DNA of 64,000 nt from Geosiphon pyriformis uo1 (Eukaryota; Fungi; Glomeromycota), in the NCBI GenBank assembly GCA_016748015.1, contig JAAOMT010000779.1, positions 124,001-188,000 of the forward strand, in the 5' to 3' direction. The translations under genes and the position numbers were made by a program. The notes beneath the pieces are model-generated. The model did no database searches and was not told the origin of the DNA. It saw only the letters and a list, made by a program, of their open reading frames with translations. Positions within the stretch are counted from its first letter, which is position 1. Every line of letters starts with the position of its first letter. This document shows positions 14,216 through 26,677 of the stretch, in pieces.

Positions 14216-15161
14216 ATGTGGAAGCCTTCTATAACCGGTACTAATAATATACCGCTCGGGAAACGAAGGATCGGTGGAGGTTCGACCACAGAACATGAAG
14301 CTAAAACTGAAAGTTACGATTCTTGGGACCAAAGCAACTATACACAAAATAGTTATATGCCCTCCGAGACATATGCTACTATCACTTCAGAGCAGTATTC
14401 TAACGTTGAACAACATTCTAAACCTGAACCTTATATAAAGCCCGAACCCCATGATCAATGGGAGCAAACTCAAATTAAGCAAGAATATACTAATGCAAGT
14501 GTGAGCTCATTGAAAAGAGTAAAATTAGAGAATGAAGAACATCAAGCAGGTATAATTTTTGAGCAGGTTTCTAACACTTTCGCCTCCCTTGCCGCGTAAG
14601 GACCCTTATGCGAATTCAAAGTTACTCATTTCCTTGCTTATATTAGCTTTCTCTGTACTTCAAATATTGAATCATTAATATATTGATTTTTTACCTTTAT
14701 TTCTGTTTTGTCTTTTGTTGTTGGGACTGACTCACATTTGTTGGATCTAGTCACGACAGGAAAAAGCCGTGTTAATCTTTTGCTTTGAATAACATCGACT
14801 ATACTAACATTTGTGTTTAAAATTGTGTTTGCCTTTACATTTTATTTTCCTAACATCTTGTGCCTCTGACAATTTAAATCTCTAACAATCGATGATGACA
14901 CGACAACTAAACTCTTATTATCACGCCCTCTTACCGTTTGGTCATCAACTAACCGGAATAATTTCAGATGGAAGTGAAGATCGCAAACGAAAACGTCGGA
15001 GTCGGTGGGGTGGGGAAGAATCCAAGGTGAATATTCCCGGTCTGCCCACGGCTATCACTGCTAATATGTCCAAGGAACAATTGGATACATATCTTTGTGA
15101 GTAGGAATTTCTTTGAAATTTTGAAAATTGTCTAAAATATTTTATTTAATTTCTTCTTAAT

Positions 15162-15200
<39 letters not shown>

Positions 15201-16994
15201 GACTTAGTGCATATGAGGCTAGAAGAAATTGGAAGGAAACTGAGAACTGGGGATTATGTGCCTCCAGAACGTGAAAGGTATGTTGAGCTAAACTTCGATT
15301 TCCTTAAAATATATCATGAACTTTCCAAATTACTCCAATTATTTTTAGGTCAGCTTCTCCAGAGCCACATTACGATATACAAGGAAAGCGTATCAATACT
15401 AGAGAGTATCGTTATCGTAAGAAGCTCGAGGATGAACGTCATCGTTTGATTGAAGAGGCTGTTAAAAGAAATCCAGATTTCAAACCTCCTGCTGATTATA
15501 AGCGACCAACTAAAGTCCAGGATAAAGTATATATTCCTGCTAAAGAATTCCCTGAAATTAATTTCATTGGATTATTGATTGGCCCACGGGGAAACACTTT
15601 AAAGAAAATGGAATCCGAATCTGGTGCCAAGATCAGTATTCGTGGCAGAGGAAGTGTTAAAGAAGGAAAAAGCAGAACTGATGCTGCTGCTAGCGCAAAT
15701 CAGGAAGAAGATTTGCATTGTCTTGTCACTGCTGATGCCGAAGATAAAGTTACTAAAGCAGTCAAGATGATCAATAAAATAATTGAGACGGTATTTGAAA
15801 AATGTTGATTTCAAACTGTATTCTTCTATATATATTAACTAAATGGAATCATATTTAAATACTTTCCTTGAAGTCTGCCTCCGTTCCAGAGGGTCAGAAT
15901 GAACTTAAACGTCAACAACTGCGTGAATTGGCTGCCCTAAATGGCACCCTCCGAGACGATGAGAATCAGATTTGTACAAACTGTGGGGCCACAGGTCATC
16001 GAAAATATGAATGCTCCGAAACTCAAAATTTTACCATCAACCTCACTTGTCGCATTTGCAGTGGTCATGGTCACACTGCAAGGGATTGTATGGAACGTAA
16101 CAATCCGGAAGCCCTGCAACAAGCCAAACAACGTGACCAGAAGCTAGATAGTGAATATCTAAGCTTGATGGCTGAACTGGGTGAAAATATTGATACATCA
16201 AAAGGCAACGATATCACTGGGAGAACCGTAAGTCGATAATATAAATATGTATTAGATACTTCTTTTGCAATAAATCAGATTTTGATATCTTTCTAGGGGC
16301 ATTACGGTCCATCTTCTGTAGCTAAGCCTCCTTGGGCTGCCCAGACTTCACCCTCAGCAGCCGCTGCTCCATGGGCGTCAAAGTCAGCAGCTCCACCTCC
16401 ACCTGGGGCATCTAATTTACCACCATGGCAGCAAGGGACCTCTATTCCAGGAATACCACCACCACCTGGTATAGATCAGTATTGCGAATCGAATATGTAA
16501 CGAAAAAATCATCTTGAAATTCTGAATTTTCTTTATTTTGAATTATAGGCTTGTCAAGTGCTCCACCCCCACCAGGTTTATCGCCCACTACTCCAACCAG
16601 TAATAGTGCACCATGGAGTGGTATGAAATCTAGTTATCCGCCACCATTACCACCTCCCGGATCTTCAACATATGCTGCCACTCCCGGAGCCTCTACCTAT
16701 TCTCCGGTCACGTCAGCATACGGTCAATCACCATCAACTGCTACAAGCTATGGATATGTTTCTTATCCATCTACTGTTAACTATGGATATACTAGTTATC
16801 CAACTGCGGCTGCTGCGGCTGGATATCCACCACCGCCATCATCTACACGTGCATGGGTAAGCCCAAAATCGATTCAAATTTTAACTTTAAAATAAAACTA
16901 AAACAAGTCAAACCTTCGAAATAAGCAGGCACCACCTCCACCCCCACCCTCTGCCCCCGCCCCACCATTACCACCGCCACCACCAGCACAATAA
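14216..16994 (+). CDS. MSL5: Branchpoint-bridging protein / splicing factor 1 (multi-exon)
   Basis: [12 protein letters not shown] start, [11 protein letters not shown]2AF-ligand motif, KH domain [19 protein letters not shown]...[12 protein letters not shown]2 [19 protein letters not shown], two CCHC knuckles, Pro-rich tail. Confidence 0.96.
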
Positions 16995-17515
16995 CAAATA
17001 CTTTCTTTTTTACTAACCCATCAATCCGATCAACTGAAAAATGTCGGATGTTGTGTCTGTGTTCTAGAAGATGTCCTCTGGCGGACGTTTCCAAACAAAG
17101 CGATGTTGATTGTCTTGCTCAATTTTTCATATTCTATTTTAGCCTATCGTTGATTTTTTGATCGGATAACATTTAGAGTTGACACTTTTATAGGTTCCTT
17201 GGTTCAGGTTTAAATATTCAGTAGGTCAGCTAATTTGTTTCTACTAACCTTTTCTACACATTAGGTTTTTTTCGGTTGTTCGTGTGCTGGAGCATGATTT
17301 TAAATATCCTAATGGTAGTAAAGGGTAACTGCATATGGAATTCATCTTGATTAACAGTCATTTCTTCAACAGAAATTTTTCATTTAAAAGTGAACAAAAA
17401 ACCGTCAACTTAAAAGCGAATGTAATTTTTATTTAACAGACGCTTTTATCAAACAATAAATTATATAGGAATTAACAATATAAAGTTCTCGAAAGATGTC
17501 TATCTAATATTATCA

Positions 17516-19951
17516 TTAATAGCTTCTTCCAAATAAACCATAACGTTTGGCATCTTTACCACAGTTGACACATTTCGTTTCCCCTAGAACAATAGCTGGT
17601 TTTGTTGGTTGATCAAAAGGTATACACAACGATTTTGCCCCCATTGAGGGGGCTTTGTCATCTTGAGGCTCTTGTTCCGTGTTGCTAAAATAATTAAGCA
17701 ATGTGATTGAAATGTGTCGTGTAAGGGCGAAAGATTTTTTCCAATTAAAATGAAAAACATACGTTCTAGCACTTCGTTCCTTAATGCCATCTTCACATTT
17801 TTCTTCCTCGCACCAAGGAGTGAGAACAAAATTTTTATCATCCAAAGTTGGGACAAAATCTTCCCAATTCAAGACAGTTTTTACGTGATCATCATAAACT
17901 TTTTTGGCACGTTTAAACATTTCTTCTTGAATGGTGCGCAAAGTCTCGGGAATACGGGTAGTAAGTTCACTAAGCGGTATAGGTTCTTTATGACCAGTGT
18001 CGCGCCTCACCGATAAAGTTTGCTTATTCGTGAGATCTCGTGGTCCAATTTCCAAACGAAGTGGGACTCCCTGAAGGTAAAATATTATGAATATTTAGGA
18101 TAGGAATGAAAAAAATTATAAATAGTCTAACCTTTAATTCCCAATGATTAAATTTGTATCCAGGAGTATAATTGTCTCTGAGGTCTGCTTTTGCTTTGAC
18201 ACCAACAGATTTTAGCTCCTTAACCACATCGTTTACTTTTTCTTCCACAAGCCGCCTATCATCCTCTGAAGTTTTGGCCGATATACCTAGCGGGATGACA
18301 ATTACTTGTGTAGAAGCCACCCGCGGAGGTAAAATCAAACCTTTATCGTCCCCATGAAGCATTACCATCACCCCGATTGTACGAGTGGTCAAACCCCAAG
18401 AGTTTTGCCAAACATGCATTTTCTTAGCGTCCTTACCATCAGCAGAAGCAGGGGCATTTGGATCTTCTATCACAATATCGAACATTTTTGAAAAATTTTG
18501 TCCAAGACAATGAGAAGTAGCAGCTTGAATTCCTCGTCCCGTAGTCGGAATGAAACCTTCGAGAGTAGTCGTGTAGAGACCACCAGCAAATTTTTCTTTT
18601 TCAGATTTTATTCCTTTAATCACCGGAATCGCAAGCAAATCTTCATAAACTTGTCGATATAATTCAAGAATTTGATGGACTTCCGTGTCTGCTTCTTCCT
18701 TACTGAAATGCGCAGTATGTCCTTCTTGCCATAAAAATTCGCGAGTTCTAAGAAAAGGCTCTGGATCAAGTTCAGAATAGGAGGGTTAGCAAGGTTGTGT
18801 TAGAGGTGGAATGTTATAAAGACGTTTCTCCGGAAAAAGGAATGTAATAGAAAGGGATATGAATTTTAGCTTCGGGGGTTACACTAGTATGAATTTCAAA
18901 CTTACGAGGGTTTTTGAACTCCCATCTAACAATATTACACCATTGATTAAGTTTCAATGGTAAATCACGATGGCTTCGAATCCACTTAGCAAAGTATGGA
19001 TACATGACTGTCTCTGATGTTGGCCTAATAGCAATCGGTTCTTCTAAATCAGAAGAACCACTGATAAATATCAAGGTAGAAGGAAGTTGGTTATAATTTT
19101 TTCTAATAAGAGCGAGCCATATCATTTTCAAAAAACTAATTAATATGTACGCTTTAGTGACCCAGGCGACTTCAGGAGCAAAACCTTCAATATGGTTCTT
19201 TTCTTTTTCTAAAACACGCTGGGATACAAACATCGGAAAGTAGGCATTCTCCACACCAAGCTCTTTGATAGCGGCATCAAAGTAATCTTAAGAAGCAAAA
19301 AAATTAAAGGTAAATAGGTCGAAATAATTAGTGAGAATTTTGAAGTAAAAAGCGAATTACACTGGATCTCTTGCCAAATATTGTAAGCAAGTGGCCTTAT
19401 AATATAGCATCCGGAAACGTCATAGTATTCTAGCATTTCGGAACGAGTTAAAACCTGAATCGTCAAAAAGTCAAAATTAAAAATACAAGTATGGGACATA
19501 ACAAAATCCTCTAGGAAATTATATTCAAAATTTAACAAAACCTGTTGATACCATGTAGAGAAATCGACATCTTTTCGCACTTCAATACCGATTTGAGCGG
19601 CCCCTTCAATGGCAGCTTTTAGAGTACGAGGAAGTAAAATGTCAATTTTAAAGATAAATCCTACGATTATTATCAATGATAGAACATTTTATTGGTTTTC
19701 CTTTGTGTTATATACCTTCAACTTTTTTTGTAGGCTTTTTTGCTTGCTGCGATTTTTTCGTAGTCTGCTTCGAAGCCTTATTACTAAAGCCAACCAAAAT
19801 TTTCACAAGTTCTGGATCTACGAGTACCTCAAACAGTGCTGCCAGAAACAAATGTAATGTATGGAGGCCTTGGGCTCCTTAAGCTTTACCTTTTAGTTTT
19901 TTCACCTTCTTCGGTAACTGAGTCTTTCGGAACAACTTTAGAGGTAGACAT
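17516..19951 (-). CDS. Cytosolic prolyl-tRNA synthetase (eukaryote/archaeal type), multi-exon
   Basis: [77 protein letters not shown]-terminal GAKSLCIPF...FGRSY. Confidence 0.97.
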
Positions 19952-20651
19952 ATTGAATGAAAACGTTCGGTTTTTACTGCGCACTTTCACTAAACAAAGC
20001 ACGAATTTTTCAAAATAAAATTTATTTGGAACCGTGTGGCTCAGTGACTCACATAGAGCTAACATTACACGCATAATTTAATGAGTCATATTTTTTACCA
20101 CAGGAAATTTGAAACAATGCTGTGATGGTGAGATATGCTAACTAAAAAAAAAGTTACTAATTTCATTGTTGAATCTTTGACCAGATCACAGATCAGTAAA
20201 ATTATGATTGAAATATACGTTGAATTTAATCGCAGCTGAGTATTTTGAAAATCAAAGACTCAAAAAGGATCTTCAGGCGTTATTTGCGGGCTGCATGATC
20301 AAAGAAAAAGATTTGCGTGGTTGGTTAGACCGCGAACAAAGCCGATTTTTGTAACCTGGTTTCTTTCCCACAGCCTCATAAAAGGGGCGGGTCAAAGAAC
20401 AAAACCCTCTGGTGAGTTAAGCGCGTAATAATATTCTAAGCAAGAAAATATCAAGAAAGGTTATCGCAAAAGGCACTTATCCACAAAAAGCAAAAACGCT
20501 TTCTCAAACATTTTTTATATTACTTGAAAGAAGCGAGAGAGATTCGACTATCTTTGGGAGAGTGAAACTTGTGGTGTGGGCGTACTCTAATACCCTCAAA
20601 AAGTTTGAAGAAGAAAAAACGAACTTACAATCTCCCACCTCTTTATAGTAA

Positions 20652-21455
20652 ATGGATACCTGCAACAGTGGGCAGCCTCATGACGTGAATACTTTCACGA
20701 TGGACAATGAAGAGTCACTCATGGCTTCCTTTAGGTCTGCCGCACAAGCAGTTACAGAATTATATACCAAAGGACAAAATCAAAAGCGTCAAGCCTACCA
20801 TAATGGTTATCAAAAGTGTTTGGAAGACTTGATGAGCTTTCTTCATACACACCATAGTGTACAACAACAGAGATCACAGAATGGTGGTCATTCCCAACAA
20901 GCTTTAGTAAACGCAAATATCTCTGCTGCGGAATTATGCAGTTGGGCCCAATCAAAACACAATGAAGCGCAAGCTGCAGGGACATCTTCGCGCCATCAAA
21001 CACAACAACATTCACCGGTAGCGCCTCAACAACAAGGACAGCACCAACATCAATACGAAGAATCCTCCCCTCAACAACCACAATCTTTCCAGTCCAGTGT
21101 AGCCAATGAGCAGCAACAACAGCAACAGCAACAGCAACAACAACAACAACAACAACAACCTATTTCACAATCATATAATACCAACGCAATCAATAATCCA
21201 TTGCCCAATAATATATTTGGAAGGGAAAATAACCAATTCACCTTTTGCTTCCAGACGCACACGATGTATAATCAACCTAATCAACGTGAAATTGATAACA
21301 TTGATACAGGTCAGGAAGGTGGCATCGGTAATGTGATTGGCAATGACAGTCTCAAACGACGATTTACTGCCAATGAACAAATTTTCCTCGGACGTCCTGT
21401 TGATCCTGTATTTGAACAGGCATCTAAGCGAGGAAGGACAAGAAAAGAAGAATAA
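20652..21455 (+). CDS. HAPSTR1 (C16orf72) / yeast YJR056C-like protein with polyQ tract
   Basis: LMASFRSAAQAVTELY...AYHNGYQKCLEDLMSF matches the F..AA..V..LY / GY....D..  pattern of this family; Q-rich linker; basic C-terminal NLS-like KRGRTRK. Confidence 0.7.
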   Translation: MDTCNSGQPHDVNTFTMDNEESLMASFRSAAQAVTELYTKGQNQKRQAYHNGYQKCLEDLMSFLHTHHSVQQQRSQNGGHSQQALVNANISAAELCSWAQSKHNEAQAAGTSSRHQTQQHSPVAPQQQGQHQHQYEESSPQQPQSFQSSVANEQQQQQQQQQQQQQQQQPISQSYNTNAINNPLPNNIFGRENNQFTFCFQTHTMYNQPNQREIDNIDTGQEGGIGNVIGNDSLKRRFTANEQIFLGRPVDPVFEQASKRGRTRKEE

Positions 21456-22710
21456 AGGTTAATAAATCCTCAATGTGATAGTAGAATCAAATGGGTCGAT
21501 AATTTTTCCTTTAATATTCGGTACAAGTTTGTTGTGTTGGATGAAGGCTTGATGATGATGACACTACCGGTGGTACCTGGTCAACTTGTCATTGAAGGTA
21601 TATATTTTATTTTTCTGGTTTAAGTATTTGTTTCTAATAAAAATTAATTACTTATTAGTAAACCTACTTTTCTACTGTCCTTAAAAGATAAGGAAACTCA
21701 GGTTTCTACTGATGGTTGTTCGATTTGGCACAACTCTTCGATAGGATATCATCGAATGTTTTTGTCTTGTTTAGGGATTCGTGATTTTATACAAGTTAAA
21801 GGACAATTTTCCTTACGTATCCTGAAGACGAAAAAGTGTTCATGTAGTTTAGTGAAAATTTTAAAGACCATATTTCTATGTTAACATTAAATTTTGTTAA
21901 CAACACAGTCAGTAGTTATTAAAAGCTATCATCTTTGAAAATTTTTGATAATTTGAGGAGTCATAATTTTCTAAGGTATCTAACTCGATTGAGATTCATG
22001 TCATCAAGCTTTTTGCGTTTATTTACACCATTCATTTATCTTTTTTACATCGATCCTTTTAACTACTAATGTGAATTTTCGAATAAAATGCGTCATGTTA
22101 TTTCAAACGAAAAGTTACTTTTCAAAATGCTCATTAAAAGTAATAGGCGAAAAATCTATCAGCCAATCCTTGAAAATATTCCATAAAAACTAGTAAGTTT
22201 CACCGAGGATAAACATTGCCAATGTTTTTTGTTTGACAAAAAGACAAAGAAATCATCTTATTGCGATAGTTTCTTTTTTTAGCAAATTTTGGTTAGACTT
22301 TTTTGAATGACCAAAAAAAGTGGATAAATAAATAAATAAATAAAAATCTTGTTAATATTTTTCTTAAAACTAATCATCCTGTTTAAAAATAGGAAATTAA
22401 TTATCAATAATAATTTAATTAAAATATTTTAATATACGCCAAAATTAATAATCATATCTAAAATAAAATAAATAAACAAATAAAAATTATATTATTTAAA
22501 TAAAATATAAACTCTATTTAATTTTTAAATTTTTATAAAAAATATTTTTGTGATTTAATTTTTTAACATTAATAAATAAAATCATTATAAATTATTTATA
22601 AAAATAAAAATAAAAATAATATTAAGGTTTTATTTTCATATTTTTAAAAATTTTAAAAAATAAACAAATATAATTTACTGATAGCTAAACAATCTAGAAA
22701 AACCAGAATC

Positions 22711-23847
22711 ATGAGCGAGCAGTCAAAGAACGCTATGGACCTTCTCTACTGGATAAGGTCACCCTTAAAAGCAAATGATGATATATACTCTCCTTTGAAG
22801 TTTACTTCACCTTCAACCAGGGGCTCGAAGGCTACTCGCAGTTTCGTCTATGAGAAAAATGAGGTATTGGATGAGATTCAGCAAACATATACTCCGACAC
22901 CCTTAAACCGATTAGTCAAAGGCAAACAAAGAACAGATGGCCTTGAACAAAGTTCGCTGAGGACTGCTAGAAAACTGGTTACCCCCTTTTCGTCATCAAG
23001 CCAGGTGATAACTACACCATTTAGTGGCGTATTTTCAAAGCGTACTAAATATACTTCAAATTCCCGGATTTCAATAACGGAAAATACGTCTGCATTACCC
23101 CTTTCTCCTATATTCGCCAAATCTAGTGACATTCGATCAGGACCGAGTCTTGATATTGTGAATGAAGACATACTGCCTTCAAATTCACCTCAAGTTCCAG
23201 AGCAACAAAAACATTATGTTAAAGCCGGGGAAAATGTGCCGATATCTACGCCTTCTAGCATAGAAAGCAATTCATTAGTTGAGGCCCACAATTATATCGA
23301 TGAAAATATAGTTCATAATAACTCATCACCAATATTGTTGCCCATAGAAATTAAGCAGATAGATTCATCACTGGGTACTTCATATAACCCTCTAGATATC
23401 CCTATATTTATTGAAGAATCAAAAGAGCAACCACAAATAGAGTTATCAATGAATACATTATCCAGATCTCATGAAGCTCCCAAGATTATGGAAGAAGAGG
23501 AAACAAAAGAGCGTACCATGATTTATGTTTCGTTACCAATCATTGATTCTAGGAGGAAAAAACCTCATTATTCTATAGAATCTTCAGCACGATTAGTTTC
23601 TAAAAGAAAGATAGATGAGGTTGAGAATTCTGAAGACAGTGAATCTTTGAGACATTCTGCCAAACGATTGAGACTCATGAGTATAGAAGAGTACAATATT
23701 GAGCTCGAAGAGTATGAAAACGCTCGTCTAGAGGAAGAGGAGTTAATTGCCATTGAAGCTGGGGAACGGCTTCATCAATTGGATTTCGGTCAATTAATGG
23801 GGATTCTATGGGAGGATTTCCGGGACATTATTGAAGGAATCTTTTAA
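22711..23847 (+). CDS. Hypothetical Ser/Pro-rich, intronless 378-aa protein
   Basis: Long ATG-to-TAA ORF with host-like composition; many SP/TP sites, KRK/KRLR basic motifs, acidic C-terminal helix. Confidence 0.7.
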   Translation: MSEQSKNAMDLLYWIRSPLKANDDIYSPLKFTSPSTRGSKATRSFVYEKNEVLDEIQQTYTPTPLNRLVKGKQRTDGLEQSSLRTARKLVTPFSSSSQVITTPFSGVFSKRTKYTSNSRISITENTSALPLSPIFAKSSDIRSGPSLDIVNEDILPSNSPQVPEQQKHYVKAGENVPISTPSSIESNSLVEAHNYIDENIVHNNSSPILLPIEIKQIDSSLGTSYNPLDIPIFIEESKEQPQIELSMNTLSRSHEAPKIMEEEETKERTMIYVSLPIIDSRRKKPHYSIESSARLVSKRKIDEVENSEDSESLRHSAKRLRLMSIEEYNIELEEYENARLEEEELIAIEAGERLHQLDFGQLMGILWEDFRDIIEGIF

Positions 23848-25448
23848 AATTGAAGTCAATTTTGATTTACGAATAAAGATTAGAGCATTTTGATGTAATA
23901 CTCATCAATTATAGTAATTCTGGAACGTTCAGGACTTGAGTGTTCAAATTTGTTTTTCATTGCCATTTTAGTCGGAATTAGATCTTTGCAACGACTTAAT
24001 CAATAGGGAAACAAATATTGATTTGGGCACTTCTAAGAACAGAAGAAAAGTTCAAATCGAATTCCCAGTTCGGTTATATTTTTTCGCTCCTCTCAGAGAG
24101 AAATAGTGGATACCGAGCAAGCCATCGGGAATCAGAATTTTGGACTTTGATGAATCTGGTCATTATTCTCATAGTTTATGATCTAACAAACATGATTCAA
24201 ATATCAAAGGAATGGGGTAATTGTAAAGGGTTATTTGCATCACTTTCATTTTGTTCGAGCAATATGTTTATTAACATCTCGCATTTTCAGCAATTTCCAA
24301 GTTGACATAAAATTTTCAAGTCAAATTTAGTATATTGGAAGTTTTCACAAAAATTACCAAATTGTGTTATTATTTTCCAAATAAACGGATATGTCCCAAA
24401 TAATAGCTAAAATACCAAAATATACAAACTGCATTTTTTCACAATAAATCTATTTATAGTGTTTTGTAACAAATAAAAATGGTTGGATTTTTTTCAATGT
24501 TTTAATGTAATGATTAAATGTAAAATTATTGTAATTTTAATGCTTAAAAAATTTTGTAATATTTTAAATATATATTTTATACAAAATAACTTAATATTGT
24601 TTTTAATAGTCATGGTTCTTGACCAAAAATAAGCATGTTTTCGCTCGGCTTGGCAATTAATACATCACATTGTTGGGATTTGATGAATAAGTATTAAAAA
24701 TATAATAATTTTAAAAAAAAAATTTTTTGTTTTAGTTTTTATAATTTCAATTCAATTTTTTAATATAAATAACATTATTTTTTTAAATAAAAAAAATTTT
24801 AAAACATAACTTTTTTGGTTTTTACAATAAATAATAATTAATTAAAAATAATTATATTATTAAATATAATTAAATATTGCTTTTTTTTATTTTAATAAAT
24901 ATATTGCTATTTTTTAAATTAAAATTATGTTATGTTTTAACAAAATATAGTTCAATTATTAATTAAGACATAAGATTCAGAAATTTTACAATTAGTAATA
25001 ATTTACATATTTTTTATATTATATTGAATTTATTAAAATAAATTTATTTAAAAAAGTCATTTTTTGCATAATAACAATTAAACTATTATTATTAAAAACC
25101 AAATTAACTAATTATATAATAAGTTTATTTGTATTAAATTTGATATTAAAAGTTTACAGCTTTTAAACTATTATTATTTTAATGGAATTTTTTTTATTAA
25201 CACAAAAATTTAAATTTACATCAAATATTTTATTATTTAATATATTATTTATACTATATTTTAGATTAAAAAAAATACTTACCAATTTAAAAATCAAAGC
25301 AATTAAAGCACCAATAAGCTTAATAATAAATTTAATTAATAAAAAGAATTTGGCCAAATTCGATTTTAAAAAAGCCTATATATATATATATATATATATA
25401 CTATATTGTATAGTACTTTGATAATTTTATTTCGAGAAAAATACTTGC

Positions 25449-26677
25449 GGTTCTTGCCGAAGAGCATCAATTTCCGTTTTTAATATAAGTTCATTTCTAC
25501 CGCCGCTTTGACTCGATTGGGACATTGTCATCTCTAGATCTTTCAACCTCTGTTTTAAATCTTCTCTATCGTCTTCAATGAGATCCTTGAATATCAGACG
25601 AAACATTTTAGTTCAAAACATCACCAATTTCACAAAAATCTTTGGCACTTAAAAATTGCTTACAAATTTATAACGCAATTGGCGATGTTCTTCCATCAGA
25701 GCCTGATATGCTTTTTTGAGAGCATCTCTTTCACCTATGATACTCGCATGATCTTTGGTCGCTTTTAAAAATTCTTGCTCGCTGTCGATCATCAAGAGTT
25801 TTTAATATTGAAAAGTCTGAATCAAAATTTTGAATCAGAGCTACTTACGAGGAAGAGGTTGGTTGTTCCTGTGTATTGGCTTCCAATTTTTGCATTACCT
25901 GCAAAGAACACAAAAATTTGATTGAAAAAATAATTTTGAAGGATAATTATCCAGGGTTAAAAACTTTAAAAATTCCAATACCCGTTCAATTGCCATCATC
26001 AGACCTTTTTGCGATTCAGCTGTCAATAACTGTATTTTCTCGATATAAGCTGCCCCATTTGGGCTCTGTACTGCTAAGGTAACTATCAAAGAACATAATT
26101 TCATGGTTTCTTGACATCGGATTCTTTAGCAATCAGGTTTACATTCGGTGCATCAATATTTTTGGTGGAATAACCGGTAACCTTCTCGTAATATTGTTGG
26201 ATAAGAGTGTACAATTTTTTTAGGTTAACCGCATTGAGGACCCAATGGTCTTGCCTTGTCTCCGCACGAAGGGTCTTGAACCACTTAGGATCACTTTGAA
26301 AAATCAAAATGTGACGCCCCAAAGGGATTTAGGGAGCTTGATGGCGATGATTTCTACCGAAGCTGTTCCAATCAAAATCTTTGACACAGTTTCGCCAAAC
26401 TCACATGTCATTTACAATCTCAAACAGCACCGCTGCATCACAAAGGTCGTTATAGTCATTAACTGACCAAGAAAGTCCATCAAAGGTCTTGACCTAATCA
26501 AGTTGTTAACAGTGAATCAATAAGTGAAAAGTTTTGAGTGGTCAAATTAATGGTCAAAAACTTGAAGAATTTCATTTCTCCATGATCCTTCTTTTGAAAA
26601 GACGACTTTTTCGCAAAACTCAGACATACCCAGTTCACGAACGCAGCTGCCAGTTCTTCCTCCTGAACTTTGGACAT
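25449..26677 (-). pseudogene. HOOK-family dynein adaptor, N-terminal part only; frameshifted and truncated
   Basis: LAAAFVNW|...DLCDAAVLFEI..DPKWFK...WVLNAVNLKKLY...PNVNLIA...LAVQS....YIEKIQ.L....QKGLMMAIE is the Hook domain; 1-nt frameshift at about 26105-26113; coiled-coil exons stop at about 25449 against an AT-rich block. Confidence 0.75.

Noticed and set aside
14890-14967. Intronic C/D snoRNA (ATGATGA C box at 14892)
   Set aside because: No downstream CTGA D box or terminal stem before the acceptor.
21071-21336. Poly-Cys and poly-Asn ORFs
   Set aside because: Alternative frames of the CAG/CAA polyQ repeat.
24018-24305. 95-aa ORF or continuation of HOOK
   Set aside because: No coiled-coil or Hook-like translation on the minus strand, and the plus-strand ORF lacks a supported start.
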